DNA of 40,530 bases, taken from IMG/VR virus record IMGVR_UViG_3300044959_000025, positions 1 to 40,530 of that record; one strand, written 5' to 3'. Below the pieces are notes generated by a model. That model ran no database searches and was not told the DNA's origin. It saw only the letters and a list, made by a program, of their open reading frames with translations. Position numbers and translations under genes: made by a program. Numbering within the stretch: the stretch's first letter is position 1; every line of letters starts with the position of its first letter. Shown here in pieces: positions 26,228 through 36,002 of this stretch. Origin of the DNA: a virus.

Positions 26228-26238
26228 GCGTTATCTCC

Positions 26239-26269
26239 AAAAGGACCGTGCAGGTTGCCCTGCACGGCC
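26239..26269 (-). terminator. Intrinsic terminator within the late operon (minus strand)
   Basis: On the minus strand: GGCCGTGCAGG-GCAA-CCTGCACGGTCC then TTTT. It lies between the capsid-module genes and the tail genes. Confidence 0.65.
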
Positions 26270-26297
26270 AAGTTGGGTTCACCCAGGGAGACAGGTA

Positions 26298-26963
26298 TCA
26301 GAAGAACTGCGGAGGACCATGGAGGTTGGTGTTGTCCACGATGTAGGCGATCTCGAACGTGTTGAAACCGTTCGGGACCACAGTGCTCGGTGCGTAAAGT
26401 CCGCGCACATCGCTGTTGTTGATAGCCGGAGCCGTGTCCGCAGCCAAACCTGCCGCGAATGAGCCAGCGTGGGCAGACGCAGCACCATTTTTGGTCTCGG
26501 CTACCATCTGCACACCACGGAACGGAAGGCCAAACACATCACGCCAACCCACATTAATGGTAACGCCGGCGGTGGCATCCCACTCGATGCGGTCAACAAA
26601 GCGAAATGCTTTGTTACCACCCACAAACGAAGTGCCGTTCAGAGTAATGCGTTCACGCATCCTCTGATTGAGGTAGTCACGGCCAATCACATACACAAAA
26701 CTGGTAGCGGCTCCGGAAGCTGTAAACCGAAGGCACCGCCCGAATGGAGCCATTGCGTTGAGACGTGCAGCCGTCAGCGGAATGTCCACTCCACCAGCAG
26801 TGGCAATGGACTGAGCAGAAAGGAACCCAGTGGCACTGGCTGCTGGGGGTGCACCAAACGACACACGGATGATGTCATCGCTCTCAATGCCAGCGATGTA
26901 ACCCATACGCGGCACATAAAGTTGCGCATAGGTCGGCATGAACTGTGCAACTCGACGAGTCAT
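26298..26963 (-). CDS. Virion structural protein of unknown role (221 aa)
   Basis: Beta-rich Ala/Gly/Thr sequence in the capsid module, upstream of the internal terminator. ATGA overlap with the upstream gene. Confidence 0.6.
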   Translation of the reverse strand: MTRRVAQFMPTYAQLYVPRMGYIAGIESDDIIRVSFGAPPAASATGFLSAQSIATAGGVDIPLTAARLNAMAPFGRCLRFTASGAATSFVYVIGRDYLNQRMRERITLNGTSFVGGNKAFRFVDRIEWDATAGVTINVGWRDVFGLPFRGVQMVAETKNGAASAHAGSFAAGLAADTAPAINNSDVRGLYAPSTVVPNGFNTFEIAYIVDNTNLHGPPQFF

Positions 26964-27316
26964 GGCGTCACTCCATCAACAAAAGGGTCAGCATTGCGGG
27001 TGTTGCGGGCAACGAACTGCTCTAGATCGAGCGTCTCCGATTTGGCGATCACTTCACCCGTGTTCATGTCAATCAGGTCTGGGTTGTCTACCAGCCCAAG
27101 CGCGGCAAGCCGCTCACGACTGTCAACACGGATGGAGTGTCCCTGCGGGAAGTACACGTCGAACACCTCAGGCAGTCTCTCCGTGACTTCCTCACGGACA
27201 AACTTGCCCTTCGTCTCGCCCTTTGCCTTGACATACCGCATGTTGACCACAGTACGGGTCACATTCTCACGGCGCTTGATGGTAAAAGCAGGTCGCACCT
27301 TACGAGTAATCTGCAT
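26960..27316 (-). CDS. Hypothetical capsid-module protein (118 aa)
   Basis: The ATG at 27316 lies 4-5 nt after GAGGTG and 1 nt after the capsid stop. The ORF is open to 27367. Confidence 0.6.
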   Translation of the reverse strand: MQITRKVRPAFTIKRRENVTRTVVNMRYVKAKGETKGKFVREEVTERLPEVFDVYFPQGHSIRVDSRERLAALGLVDNPDLIDMNTGEVIAKSETLDLEQFVARNTRNADPFVDGVTP

Positions 27317-27317
27317 A

Positions 27318-28301
27318 TCACACCTCATTCCGAAGGACAGCATGCGTACGGAAGCACTTCCACACACAGAACTGCCCTTGCCAAATCACACGACGACCGA
27401 TGGCATCAGTAGTCCATGGTGCCGTGAGGTTGACAACCTTCATGTTCACACCGTTGAGGATGTGTGTCCGCAAGTACTTGCTGTTGATGAAGTACGCACG
27501 GTCAACTGGGCAGTCCTCGTCGTACATCATGGTGATGCCATTGTGCATCACACCCTCAAAGCCAAGATCATACATGGCCTTGCCCTTGCTGGACGCGTCC
27601 ATAGTGATCATGATCTTGTCACGCACCGCCTGACGGTAGGTGCGGTAGATGTTGCGGCCAACAAGGATGAGGTCCGGCTTGTCCTCCTTAAACTTGAGGT
27701 CCATGAGGATATCGTCGAATGCCTCTTCGATGTTGGTCGCATCAAGGCCGCCAGCAAAGTTGTACGACGATGTACGCCACTGCGGCTCCGCAGCACGTGA
27801 CAGCCCACCAAGCACCCCGGTGGTCGGGTCATCTGCAATGAGTGCCTGCAGGCCGAGCGGGTCAATGCCTGCACCAGCACCATACAGATACGACGAGAAC
27901 AACTCCTTGATGGACTCAATGAGCACTTCCATCTTTGCAGTGAGCAGTTTGAAGATTGCTGCCTCACCAGTGTTCTCGTCAATCTCCTGGTTGCTGATGA
28001 TCATCGTGCCAGCAACACGCGACCACCCGTAGCCGACCGTGGTGAACTCGCTGGTCTGCGCCACAGGCAGTTCATCGTAGTACTGGTACGACGTGATGTT
28101 GGGGTTGCGACCAACGGTGAGCGGGTTGGTGATGTTGGCACCACCATTCTCCTTCTCAACGCGGTCGTTGGCAACACACCATGCATAGAGCGCATTGCTT
28201 TTGGCGGATGCCATGATGAGTTTGCGGCGGGACTTGTCCATCATCGAGTTGATGATGGTATCAAGTGTACCACCAGCAGCGAACTGTGAGTTGATAGCCA
28301 T
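27318..28301 (-). CDS. Major capsid protein (327 aa)
   Basis: Immediately downstream of the scaffold and portal genes. Size and composition are typical. No direct motif proof. Confidence 0.7.
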   Translation of the reverse strand: MAINSQFAAGGTLDTIINSMMDKSRRKLIMASAKSNALYAWCVANDRVEKENGGANITNPLTVGRNPNITSYQYYDELPVAQTSEFTTVGYGWSRVAGTMIISNQEIDENTGEAAIFKLLTAKMEVLIESIKELFSSYLYGAGAGIDPLGLQALIADDPTTGVLGGLSRAAEPQWRTSSYNFAGGLDATNIEEAFDDILMDLKFKEDKPDLILVGRNIYRTYRQAVRDKIMITMDASSKGKAMYDLGFEGVMHNGITMMYDEDCPVDRAYFINSKYLRTHILNGVNMKVVNLTAPWTTDAIGRRVIWQGQFCVWKCFRTHAVLRNEV

Positions 28302-28308
28302 CGTTCAC

Positions 28309-29289
28309 TTACTCCGGAGGGGTTAGACCTGCTTCACGCATTGCTTCACGGACAATATCGCGCGTCGAGGCATCTGCTGACAGTGCTGCTCGACGCGGTT
28401 CCATCGTAGTCGGTGCGTTGGTTCGCACCGGACCTCGCGCGTTGCTTACCGGCTGACGTGCTGCACGACGTGCTGCCAGTTGCGGACGCAGCGGTTTCGA
28501 TAGATCGAGATTGTTCTGTAGCGCATATGCTTGAAGTTCAAGCACCGCCTCGCGGTATGAGATATCGTGGCCTGCCTCTTCAAAGGCATCCATGATATCG
28601 GCCACTTCCTCATCGTGAACCGCGGCCCAAGGGAAGCGTGCAAGCACTGCTTCACGCTCTCGCTCAACTGCTTCCTGCACCGCGCGTTGCATTTCCGCTT
28701 CGCGCTGCTGGCGCTGCTGCGCCTCAGTGAGCGGCCGTACCGCGTTGTCCAGCATCTTCTGAATTGCCGAAGTGTTGATGCTGCCAACGAGGTCCTCTAT
28801 ATTGATACCTGCTGCCAGGACCTGCGCAAGTACCTCTTTTGCAGCCCCCACAGGATCGCGCTTGAAGTGCGCAATCATCTGCATGCCCATGATGGCTTCG
28901 TTAGGAGTCAATCCGAGTTGTGCAGGTAGTTGTGCAGCAGTACGCAGACCTTCCAACTCCGCGCGTGTGGTTTCCAACTCACGCGACACACGCTCTAACT
29001 CTCGCTGCGCTCGTTGCCAATTGCCATGGAAGCGTTGAGCAGCGCCACGGAGATTTGCATCTCCACTGGACTGCTGCGTGTTAGGCTCTGTACTAGCAGT
29101 GTCTGCACCCTTTTTGCCTTTGTCGGGCTTGGTGGGTTGTGCGGGCGCAGCAGTCTCAGCATCACTGGTGGTAGTGCTGGTGTCCTCACTCTGCGGCGCT
29201 TCATTGGTTGTCTGCTCCGACTCCTCACGTTTGTCCTCATCATTGAGTCCAAACGTGTCGGCCAACTTGTCGTCAAACGTACCACTCAT
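28309..29289 (-). CDS. Scaffolding protein (326 aa)
   Basis: Acidic, low-complexity N-terminus and long helical Ala/Glu/Gln/Arg-rich body. Lies between the portal and capsid genes. ATGA-coupled to the portal gene. Confidence 0.7.
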   Translation of the reverse strand: MSGTFDDKLADTFGLNDEDKREESEQTTNEAPQSEDTSTTTSDAETAAPAQPTKPDKGKKGADTASTEPNTQQSSGDANLRGAAQRFHGNWQRAQRELERVSRELETTRAELEGLRTAAQLPAQLGLTPNEAIMGMQMIAHFKRDPVGAAKEVLAQVLAAGINIEDLVGSINTSAIQKMLDNAVRPLTEAQQRQQREAEMQRAVQEAVEREREAVLARFPWAAVHDEEVADIMDAFEEAGHDISYREAVLELQAYALQNNLDLSKPLRPQLAARRAARQPVSNARGPVRTNAPTTMEPRRAALSADASTRDIVREAMREAGLTPPE

Positions 29290-31382
29290 TGCAGTTCTCC
29301 TGGGTTACCCTGTTGAGCCTGTAGTATCATGGGCAGCGCTTCTCTGAGCGATGCCCCTCTAGACAAGGCCAAGCCTAGAGCCTGACGTGCTTCCTGAGGA
29401 AGTGCATCAATCTGTGCAGCAACATCTGTGCTAGTAGTGGTGCCACTAGGCGGAGCGTTGTTACCACGTTGCAGCGCCATCGTGGCCTCTTCCTTGATCC
29501 TTTGGAACGCATCAGGTGGCAGATGCAGTTCATCAAAGGCTTCATCGAACAGGTCCATGATGACACCAATGACCACCGAAGGTGCCATCTCCACAAACTT
29601 GGACAAGATGTCTGCAAGTTGCAATGCTTGCTGCTTCTTAGCCTCACTGGTTGGCTTCTGTGTGGAACCACCAACCACACGGCAACGCAGAATACGGCGC
29701 AACTCCGACGGAGGGTACTGCCTCCACTTGGCTGCCTTGTCTGCTCCAAGCACGTTTTCTACGTCATTGGGCGTCATGAATTGCCCAACAAGGAACGCCA
29801 AGTCATAGAACACCTTGCCAAAGAAATCTTCAATGGCATCAATCTTCTCGTCCAACCGCATCGCGGTGACGCTGTTGTAGTTCTCGATTGCCTTGTTAGT
29901 GGTGTTGGTCTTGAACTGTACATTGCGTAGCACGTCAGACACACCACTAAGGCGATCAATGGCTGCAAATATTGGCCCCTTGTCGAACAGTGGCAACACC
30001 TTGAGTAGCGTGTTGGGCTTCTCAAGGATCATGTCACGCAGCGTCTTGCCTTCAGGTATCTTGACACCTTGTGCAAGGTTGTTGCTGCCAGTCAACCACT
30101 TCTCAACACTCTCACGGTCCATGCTGTCATCGTACAGGATGTTCTCCTTCACATCCTGTCGAGCACGGCGGTATTCGTCATTGATCTCGTTGATGGCATC
30201 CTGTTGGTCAAGGTAGTACGTGACCGGGCTGCGTGCCATGGCTGACATAGGCGTGGTGTTGTACACCAATGGACGCATTGGGAAGAAGTTGGGCAAGCCG
30301 TACGGGTCCTGCTCTACCCATATAGGCCACGTCCAATCGTTGTTGGCATACAGGAACACACGCCGCGTCACCTTGTCCCAAATCATCCAGCACTCTGTGC
30401 GGAATGCCTTAGCAAGTTGCTGCGTGTCACTGTAGCCGTACTGGTGTGCTTCCACGTCCTTGCCAACTTCAAGGAAGTTGTCATCTTCCGCACTGCTTGA
30501 TGATGCAGTCAGCACGTGCGTAGGCTTGTACACTGACTGCACCTGACCATCTTCACCCTTCTTGCCGTACTTAGCATTGAGATATGCAGTCGGGTACACA
30601 CAACGCAATGCCATCCATGTGGCATCGCTGAAGTCTGGCGAACGTGCATCAGGGTCAACTAGCACATTGTGTGCAGGTTCAAAACACACAAACGGCCCAG
30701 CAGGCTGCAGCACGTCGAGTGTCTCCTCAAGGGCCATGATCTTGCCCTCAATCTCACGGATGGTCTTGGCATCCTCTGCCTTCTCCAACTCCGCAGTGAG
30801 GGTTGCAAGTTCTGCTTGTGCTTCCTCGATGCTGCCGTTGCGTTCAGTGTAGCCATAACGCAGCCATGCAAGGTTGTGCAACTCAGCAGCCAACACTGCT
30901 TGCTTGGCGTGCACCTTGAGGTTGATGCCTGGTGCTACGTCAGACCCAGCCAACGTGTTGAGTAGGTCCTCCATGACGCGTACATAGTCTTTGTATTCCT
31001 CATCAGTACACGTCATCTCCACTGTTGGGTTCTTGGCGTACACCGCAGGCATGATAGCCCGAATGTTGGCGTACACGATGTTCTCTGTCTCTGCCCACTG
31101 CGAGTTGCGGCGGGCTGACAGGTAGCGATTGCCGCTGCGGTTGTTGCCTTTTTGGCGATACTCCCACTGGTTGTGATTGTAATAGCGTGTCGCTTCGTCC
31201 CAACCGTCCTCAAATATCTGCCGTGCGCGCCGCGCGCTGCTGATGCGGCCCTTCCACAGGCTACCATAGTGCTTGCTGACAAGCACCTTGGTGTTTGGGT
31301 CAACACGATACACCGGGCCGGGGTCAGCCTCCTCACCAAGCGGGGCTTCCTCATCCAGCATGCGAGTCAGGTTGTCACTCAT
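29286..31382 (-). CDS. Portal protein (698 aa)
   Basis: Directly downstream of TerL (ATGA overlap) and upstream of the scaffold gene. Size is typical of podovirus portals. Confidence 0.75.
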   Translation of the reverse strand: MSDNLTRMLDEEAPLGEEADPGPVYRVDPNTKVLVSKHYGSLWKGRISSARRARQIFEDGWDEATRYYNHNQWEYRQKGNNRSGNRYLSARRNSQWAETENIVYANIRAIMPAVYAKNPTVEMTCTDEEYKDYVRVMEDLLNTLAGSDVAPGINLKVHAKQAVLAAELHNLAWLRYGYTERNGSIEEAQAELATLTAELEKAEDAKTIREIEGKIMALEETLDVLQPAGPFVCFEPAHNVLVDPDARSPDFSDATWMALRCVYPTAYLNAKYGKKGEDGQVQSVYKPTHVLTASSSSAEDDNFLEVGKDVEAHQYGYSDTQQLAKAFRTECWMIWDKVTRRVFLYANNDWTWPIWVEQDPYGLPNFFPMRPLVYNTTPMSAMARSPVTYYLDQQDAINEINDEYRRARQDVKENILYDDSMDRESVEKWLTGSNNLAQGVKIPEGKTLRDMILEKPNTLLKVLPLFDKGPIFAAIDRLSGVSDVLRNVQFKTNTTNKAIENYNSVTAMRLDEKIDAIEDFFGKVFYDLAFLVGQFMTPNDVENVLGADKAAKWRQYPPSELRRILRCRVVGGSTQKPTSEAKKQQALQLADILSKFVEMAPSVVIGVIMDLFDEAFDELHLPPDAFQRIKEEATMALQRGNNAPPSGTTTSTDVAAQIDALPQEARQALGLALSRGASLREALPMILQAQQGNPGELQ

Positions 31383-32953
31383 GATGCATACCTATGTTGG
31401 CGGCTGCTTACAGCGTAATCGTCAATAGGCTCCTCACCCCAACGCAGCACTTGTGGGGGCACTTTGACGGGCCTGCGGTGAAGCAGTCGTGCTGGTGGTA
31501 TTGGACCATTCAGCATGTAGCGCAAGCAGTCCATGCTGTGGTTGTCCTTGTCGATAGGCTCGTCACGCTGCTCCTCGCCATCCTTGCGCTGCTTCCAGCG
31601 GTACTTCACCATCTCATCAGTAATGAACCGCAGGTGGTCAGCGAAGTAGAGCCGTGGCGCACCACGCTGCTGCGTGAACGGGCACACAACGCTGTTGCGT
31701 CGTTGAAGCGCCTGCTTCACAACGATAATGCCTTCAACGATGGCGTTTGATGCCGGACGCATCAAGATGCCATGGTCAGCGAACATTGCAGCGACCGAAC
31801 GTGCTCCACCACGCATGGCAGCGTTGTTACGCCGGAAGCATGATGGGTCAGCACGGATGTCGTCAATGGGATTGAGACCATTGGCTTCGCGTATCTTCTT
31901 GATGCGGTTAGCCTGTTCCTCAATGGACAGGCCTGATTCATAGAAGCCGTCAACAACCATTATCTGCTGCCGATCATCTGTGCCTGCCAGCAGGTAACAT
32001 GACGGCTCTGCAATGCCGAAGTCGTACGCTTCCAACACACCGGGCGTGTAGCCCATCGTCTCCATGTCGGCCAAGTAGTCCTGCAACCACTTACGCGGCT
32101 GTACATGTACTACTGGATCGAACTCATCGTACACTGTGCCTTCAAACGCAACCCACTTGCCGAAGATGTATCGGTCACGGAAGCGTCCAGTGTATGTAGC
32201 GAGCAGTGTCTTCACATAGTCTATTGGCACATTCTGTGCGTTGTCCAACGTGCTCGCCTCGAACACGTCAACAATGGGCACCTTCTTGCCATCCACTAGC
32301 AGCGGCTTACCGTCGAGGTCTGTCTCACACAACAAGTTAGGGTTGTCAATGCCACGACGGAAGTCATACAGTGGCTTTACAATGTGATCATACACCCAAC
32401 CAAGTGCAGGGTTGCACGTCAGGATCATGAACCGTGGGCCTGTAGCAGGCATGGTTGGGTCATCGCCTGCATACTTAGTGCTGCCGCGCAGGCGACCAAA
32501 CAACTGCAAGAAGTCGGCATACTCGATCTCTGGGTCCTCAATCTGGTCAACGATGATCCAGTCATAGGATGCCGATAGCAGGTTGCTGCTGCTGTCACCA
32601 GCAGTGCCGTACTTCTGTGCAATGTAGCGGAAGTCAACAATGGTGCCGTTGACCATCTGCCACGTGTTGTCGTTCTTGTTACCGCTCTTGATCCATGATG
32701 GTGGGCACCACTTGAAGAACTCTCTGCGTAGTGTGCTGTTCAACTTTGGATACGTGGCGCGTGCCATTAGCCCTGTGCTGCCAGGGTAGTCACGGATCAA
32801 CTTCAACGCCTCCGCCACAGCCGCAGTTGTCTTGCCATTGCCAAAGCCTCCACCATACAGCCGTATCTTCTTACGGCTGTTGTGGAATGCTTCTGCAGCG
32901 GAGCCTGCAACTATGACATATGGACGATCCACTACTGCACACTCTCCCACCAC
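31379..32953 (-). CDS. terL: Terminase large subunit (about 524 aa; start uncertain)
   Basis: Walker A YGGGFGNGKTT, Walker B IIVDQIED, and a C-terminal nuclease-like region. A GTG start at 32953 overlaps the amidase end. Downstream GTG alternatives exist. Confidence 0.85.
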   Translation of the reverse strand: MVGECAVVDRPYVIVAGSAAEAFHNSRKKIRLYGGGFGNGKTTAAVAEALKLIRDYPGSTGLMARATYPKLNSTLRREFFKWCPPSWIKSGNKNDNTWQMVNGTIVDFRYIAQKYGTAGDSSSNLLSASYDWIIVDQIEDPEIEYADFLQLFGRLRGSTKYAGDDPTMPATGPRFMILTCNPALGWVYDHIVKPLYDFRRGIDNPNLLCETDLDGKPLLVDGKKVPIVDVFEASTLDNAQNVPIDYVKTLLATYTGRFRDRYIFGKWVAFEGTVYDEFDPVVHVQPRKWLQDYLADMETMGYTPGVLEAYDFGIAEPSCYLLAGTDDRQQIMVVDGFYESGLSIEEQANRIKKIREANGLNPIDDIRADPSCFRRNNAAMRGGARSVAAMFADHGILMRPASNAIVEGIIVVKQALQRRNSVVCPFTQQRGAPRLYFADHLRFITDEMVKYRWKQRKDGEEQRDEPIDKDNHSMDCLRYMLNGPIPPARLLHRRPVKVPPQVLRWGEEPIDDYAVSSRQHRYAS

Positions 32954-33351
32954 CGACGCACGTCAAAGCATGGGCACGCCTTGCGCACATTTGGAAAGTC
33001 ACGATGCCCTAGCACCTCAGCATCAGGGAACACGCCCTTCAATGCAACAACAAGTGTACGCATTGAACGCTTCTGTTCTTCTGTCCGTGTGTCCTTGGGT
33101 TGCCACGTTGTGCGGTCCAGTCCGCCAACGTAGCAGATGCCGATAGTGGTTGCGTTGTGTCCACTCACATGTGCACCTGCTTGTGACACAGGTCGTCCCA
33201 ATTCTACCGTACCGTCAAGACGGATGACATAGTGGTAGCCAATGCTGGCCCATCCCAACTCACGATGCCAACGTTCAATGTCTGCAGCAGTATGTGGACG
33301 CCCCTCAGGCGTAGCACTGCAGTGTATAACAATGTGTGTTATCTTGCGCAT
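32932..33351 (-). CDS. N-acetylmuramoyl-L-alanine amidase, T7 lysozyme (gp3.5)-like endolysin (139 aa)
   Basis: IVIHCSAT...WH...GW..IGYHYVI..DGTVE.GR...GAHV.G.N..TIGICYVGG...KACPCFDV aligns closely with T7 gp3.5. Confidence 0.95.
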   Translation of the reverse strand: MRKITHIVIHCSATPEGRPHTAADIERWHRELGWASIGYHYVIRLDGTVELGRPVSQAGAHVSGHNATTIGICYVGGLDRTTWQPKDTRTEEQKRSMRTLVVALKGVFPDAEVLGHRDFPNVRKACPCFDVRRWWESVQ

Positions 33352-33542
33352 GATGTCTCCACCAACACCCGTGCAGCCGCTGCAGCGATGACTTCATTTT
33401 TGGTTGGCACACGTTCAGCCGCAGCATTGATTGCATCATAAGTAGCCAATATGCTACGTGCAACCGCGCAGCGGTCCTGTGTTTGGTCACTTGTGACACA
33501 CCCAACCAGTAGTGGGGCAACTACAATAACGCGCCACATCAC
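33339..33542 (-). CDS. Small lipoprotein, candidate o-spanin (67 aa)
   Basis: Signal peptide with lipobox LLVGC. ATGA-coupled to the holin gene. It is not Pro-rich, so spanin identity is tentative. Confidence 0.5.
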   Translation of the reverse strand: MMWRVIVVAPLLVGCVTSDQTQDRCAVARSILATYDAINAAAERVPTKNEVIAAAAARVLVETSCAR

Positions 33543-33736
33543 TTACGCACCTTGTCGTACACACCCCACACGATGCTAATAAGCACTGCCGCAGCACCTG
33601 CAATCTCTGTCAGTGCCGTACCCATAGTTGCTGCCTCCTCTGACGTGATGTACCCCAGCGACACGAGGATGCTGCCAACTGCTGTGAGTACATGACGAAC
33701 AATGCTTTCAATGACTGCACGGTTCACATTCATCAC
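33539..33736 (-). CDS. Holin, two predicted TMDs (65 aa)
   Basis: Two hydrophobic helices and a charged C-terminus (YDKVRK). It sits in the lysis cassette next to the amidase gene. Confidence 0.65.
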   Translation of the reverse strand: MMNVNRAVIESIVRHVLTAVGSILVSLGYITSEEAATMGTALTEIAGAAAVLISIVWGVYDKVRK

Positions 33737-33742
33737 TCCTCG

Positions 33743-34042
33743 TCAGTTATCACTAGGCCTAGTGCGACGGAGCAGACGCAACTCTTCTTGCATCAACGCT
33801 ACCTCACGACGCAATACTGCGATTGCTTCACGTGTCAATGCCATGTGGTCCCCAACCGCTTCTTGTCGCGTTTCTAGCGACGTAATCCGTCGTTCAAACA
33901 CTGGGACTACATATGCTAGGTTGGACAGCAACGATGCAATCCACAGAAGCAGTGCCAACGTGATACCACCAATCACCGTAGTTAGCACGGCGCGGATTGG
34001 AGAGTTGGCAGCGGCTACAAGCCCTTTGCTCAACTCATTCAT
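33743..34042 (-). CDS. Type II membrane protein with coiled coil, candidate i-spanin (99 aa)
   Basis: One N-terminal TMD (VIGGITLALLLWIASLL), then helical REAIAVLRREVALMQEELRLL. Confidence 0.5.
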   Translation of the reverse strand: MNELSKGLVAAANSPIRAVLTTVIGGITLALLLWIASLLSNLAYVVPVFERRITSLETRQEAVGDHMALTREAIAVLRREVALMQEELRLLRRTRPSDN

Positions 34043-34069
34043 TGTGAGTATCCTTCATTGGAACGTCAT

Positions 34070-34405
34070 TCATAGCCGCGATGCCTGTAAAAACAGATTG
34101 TCCACCTGTTCGGTGGTTAGGCCAAGCGATTGCGCCATCTCTGCGATCAGCAGATCATCGCGCCACCACTCGGTTGCGTCCTCATAGGTGATACGGACGG
34201 CAGGCGGAGCGTCGGCGATGAGGGCCTCAACGGCATCAAGAAGCCCAGCGTTGAGCAGTGCAAGACGCGCTTGGCGGCGCGTCACGCGATGAGGAATGGG
34301 CGGCGGAGCGTTTCGCAGCGCTTCGATCTCGGCAACCTCAGCGGGGGTCGCGTCGCGGACGCTGGTCTCGCCGGTGGCCACGTTGATGGACTGGACTTTG
34401 GTCAT
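34070..34405 (-). CDS. Hypothetical protein downstream of the tail fibre gene (111 aa), GC-rich; possible fibre-associated factor
   Basis: ATGA overlap with the fibre gene end. Its composition differs from the AT-richer 3' end of the fibre gene. Confidence 0.6.
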   Translation of the reverse strand: MTKVQSINVATGETSVRDATPAEVAEIEALRNAPPPIPHRVTRRQARLALLNAGLLDAVEALIADAPPAVRITYEDATEWWRDDLLIAEMAQSLGLTTEQVDNLFLQASRL

Positions 34406-35706
34406 GACTTCTTCAGCCCCATGACGACAAGACGGCCCACGTTTGCAGTAAGGCTAACTGGAAATGTGATCCTAAGCCCATCAACCCACCCAGACCCGCC
34501 AGTGGCGCGACAATACGAATGCATGCAGTGCATAACGTCACTGTTGTCTTGATAAAAAATGGTTGCTTGCAAAAATGCAGTTTGGTTGGATTCTGTCTGA
34601 AAGATGGTAATGTTTGACACTAGTCGCTCGGCTCTAATGCCTGCAGTGGTAATCTCACAGGTTGAGGCGTTTGTTTGAAATCCCGAGTTCACTCCAGTCT
34701 GAAAAACACTCAACCGAAGGCGGTTGTAACCAGTCGAAACAAGGGACTGATTTCGATACACTTGCACAACCACGTTTGACAAAGAGTTTGCTGTTGGCAA
34801 CACATTGAGTAGGCGAGCCTCCACCAGATAATAGTCTGCCAAACTGAACCCAGTGACATCAATCACTGCACTGTTTGCGATGGCAGCATCAACAAGTGTA
34901 ACCCATCGATCACCAGCATCAACATACGCCTTGCGTGTGGCGTGATTGGGGTCGGTCGGGTTGGAGGCGGGCAACGTCAGTGGGCCAATCACTGTGACTG
35001 CACCATCGTCAGTGATGGTGAACAGTTGCATGGGCGTGCCAAACGCTTTGACCACTCGAAACACTGGCGCGTTGCCTGCCCCGAACGTCTGCCAGAAATA
35101 CCCATCTGCATTGTCGCTGGCGCGGCGCGAAATCAGCCGCCCGCCTTCGATGTTGGTGTCTGCGCGATCAACGCGGAGGTCGCCGCGTGTTCTAGCACTA
35201 GCATCTACTGTAAGTGAAGTGTTGACTGTGACCTCAGCATTTGCAATCCGCACACGCTCTGCACCACCAGTCACTAGACCAAACGTGTCACCAGATGCAT
35301 GGTAGAGCCCTGTGTCGGTGTCATTCTTGAACTGTAACGATGGCGCTGAGGTTGTCCCTGGTTGCAAGATGAGTGTGCCATTGAGTTGTCCACCAGTCTG
35401 CGGGTAAGCGTTAGCGACTGTTGCTTGCAACTGCCCACCAATGATACTCAGCCCTGCGCCTACCGTAATTTCTTGCACAGGCCCCACACCCGAAGATGCG
35501 CGGCCAACAAGGCGTCCAGACGTGATAGTAAGTCCAGAAGTTTCAACAGGCCCCGCTGCTGCTAACTGACCGCTGTTGATACCGTACTGCACAATGTTAC
35601 CAATGCTTGTACGCTTGGTGATGCCTCCTTGCACTGCAGGCACCAATTCGCTGCCTGTGAGTGTGCTTGTTTCAGGTAGTTGGGTGATTTTGACCTTGTT
35701 AGTCAT
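34402..35706 (-). CDS. Tail fibre protein (434 aa)
   Basis: N-terminal KITQLPETSTLTGSELVPAVQGGITKRTSIGNI is typical of phage fibre N-termini. Gly/Thr/Ala-rich beta sequence. Confidence 0.6.
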   Translation of the reverse strand: MTNKVKITQLPETSTLTGSELVPAVQGGITKRTSIGNIVQYGINSGQLAAAGPVETSGLTITSGRLVGRASSGVGPVQEITVGAGLSIIGGQLQATVANAYPQTGGQLNGTLILQPGTTSAPSLQFKNDTDTGLYHASGDTFGLVTGGAERVRIANAEVTVNTSLTVDASARTRGDLRVDRADTNIEGGRLISRRASDNADGYFWQTFGAGNAPVFRVVKAFGTPMQLFTITDDGAVTVIGPLTLPASNPTDPNHATRKAYVDAGDRWVTLVDAAIANSAVIDVTGFSLADYYLVEARLLNVLPTANSLSNVVVQVYRNQSLVSTGYNRLRLSVFQTGVNSGFQTNASTCEITTAGIRAERLVSNITIFQTESNQTAFLQATIFYQDNSDVMHCMHSYCRATGGSGWVDGLRITFPVSLTANVGRLVVMGLKKS

Positions 35707-36002
35707 TACGAGAACACACCTACCAACCCAGAAGCAGCGTCAGGATCGAAGAGGGCAAAGCCCTCCGGCAGCGAGAACTGTGTCTTCGACCGGACGACGA
35801 TCACTGCACGTTCTGGTTCGTCTTCAACAAGAGAACCGATCCACGGACCGAGCACATGCATCCCTGCTGATGCAGGAGAAGCAAGCCACGCACGGACCGT
35901 GTCAGGGTCTGCTGTGAGCGCAGCTTGCCAATAAGCACCATTGTCCACAGACATTACAGCCTTGTCTGCTGCACGCTTCTCAATAATGGTTTGTGTCGTC
36001 AT
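35706..36002 (-). CDS. Hypothetical protein between the two fibre genes (98 aa)
   Basis: The ATG at 36002 forms an ATGA overlap with the upstream stop, and there is a TAATG overlap with the downstream start. The ORF is open to 36074. Confidence 0.55.
   Translation of the reverse strand: MTTQTIIEKRAADKAVMSVDNGAYWQAALTADPDTVRAWLASPASAGMHVLGPWIGSLVEDEPERAVIVVRSKTQFSLPEGFALFDPDAASGLVGVFS

Noticed and set aside
26469-27800. A 443-aa plus-strand ORF
   Set aside because: It runs antisense across three well-supported minus-strand capsid-module genes. It is Ser/Arg/Thr-rich and low in complexity, has no RBS, and breaks operon logic.
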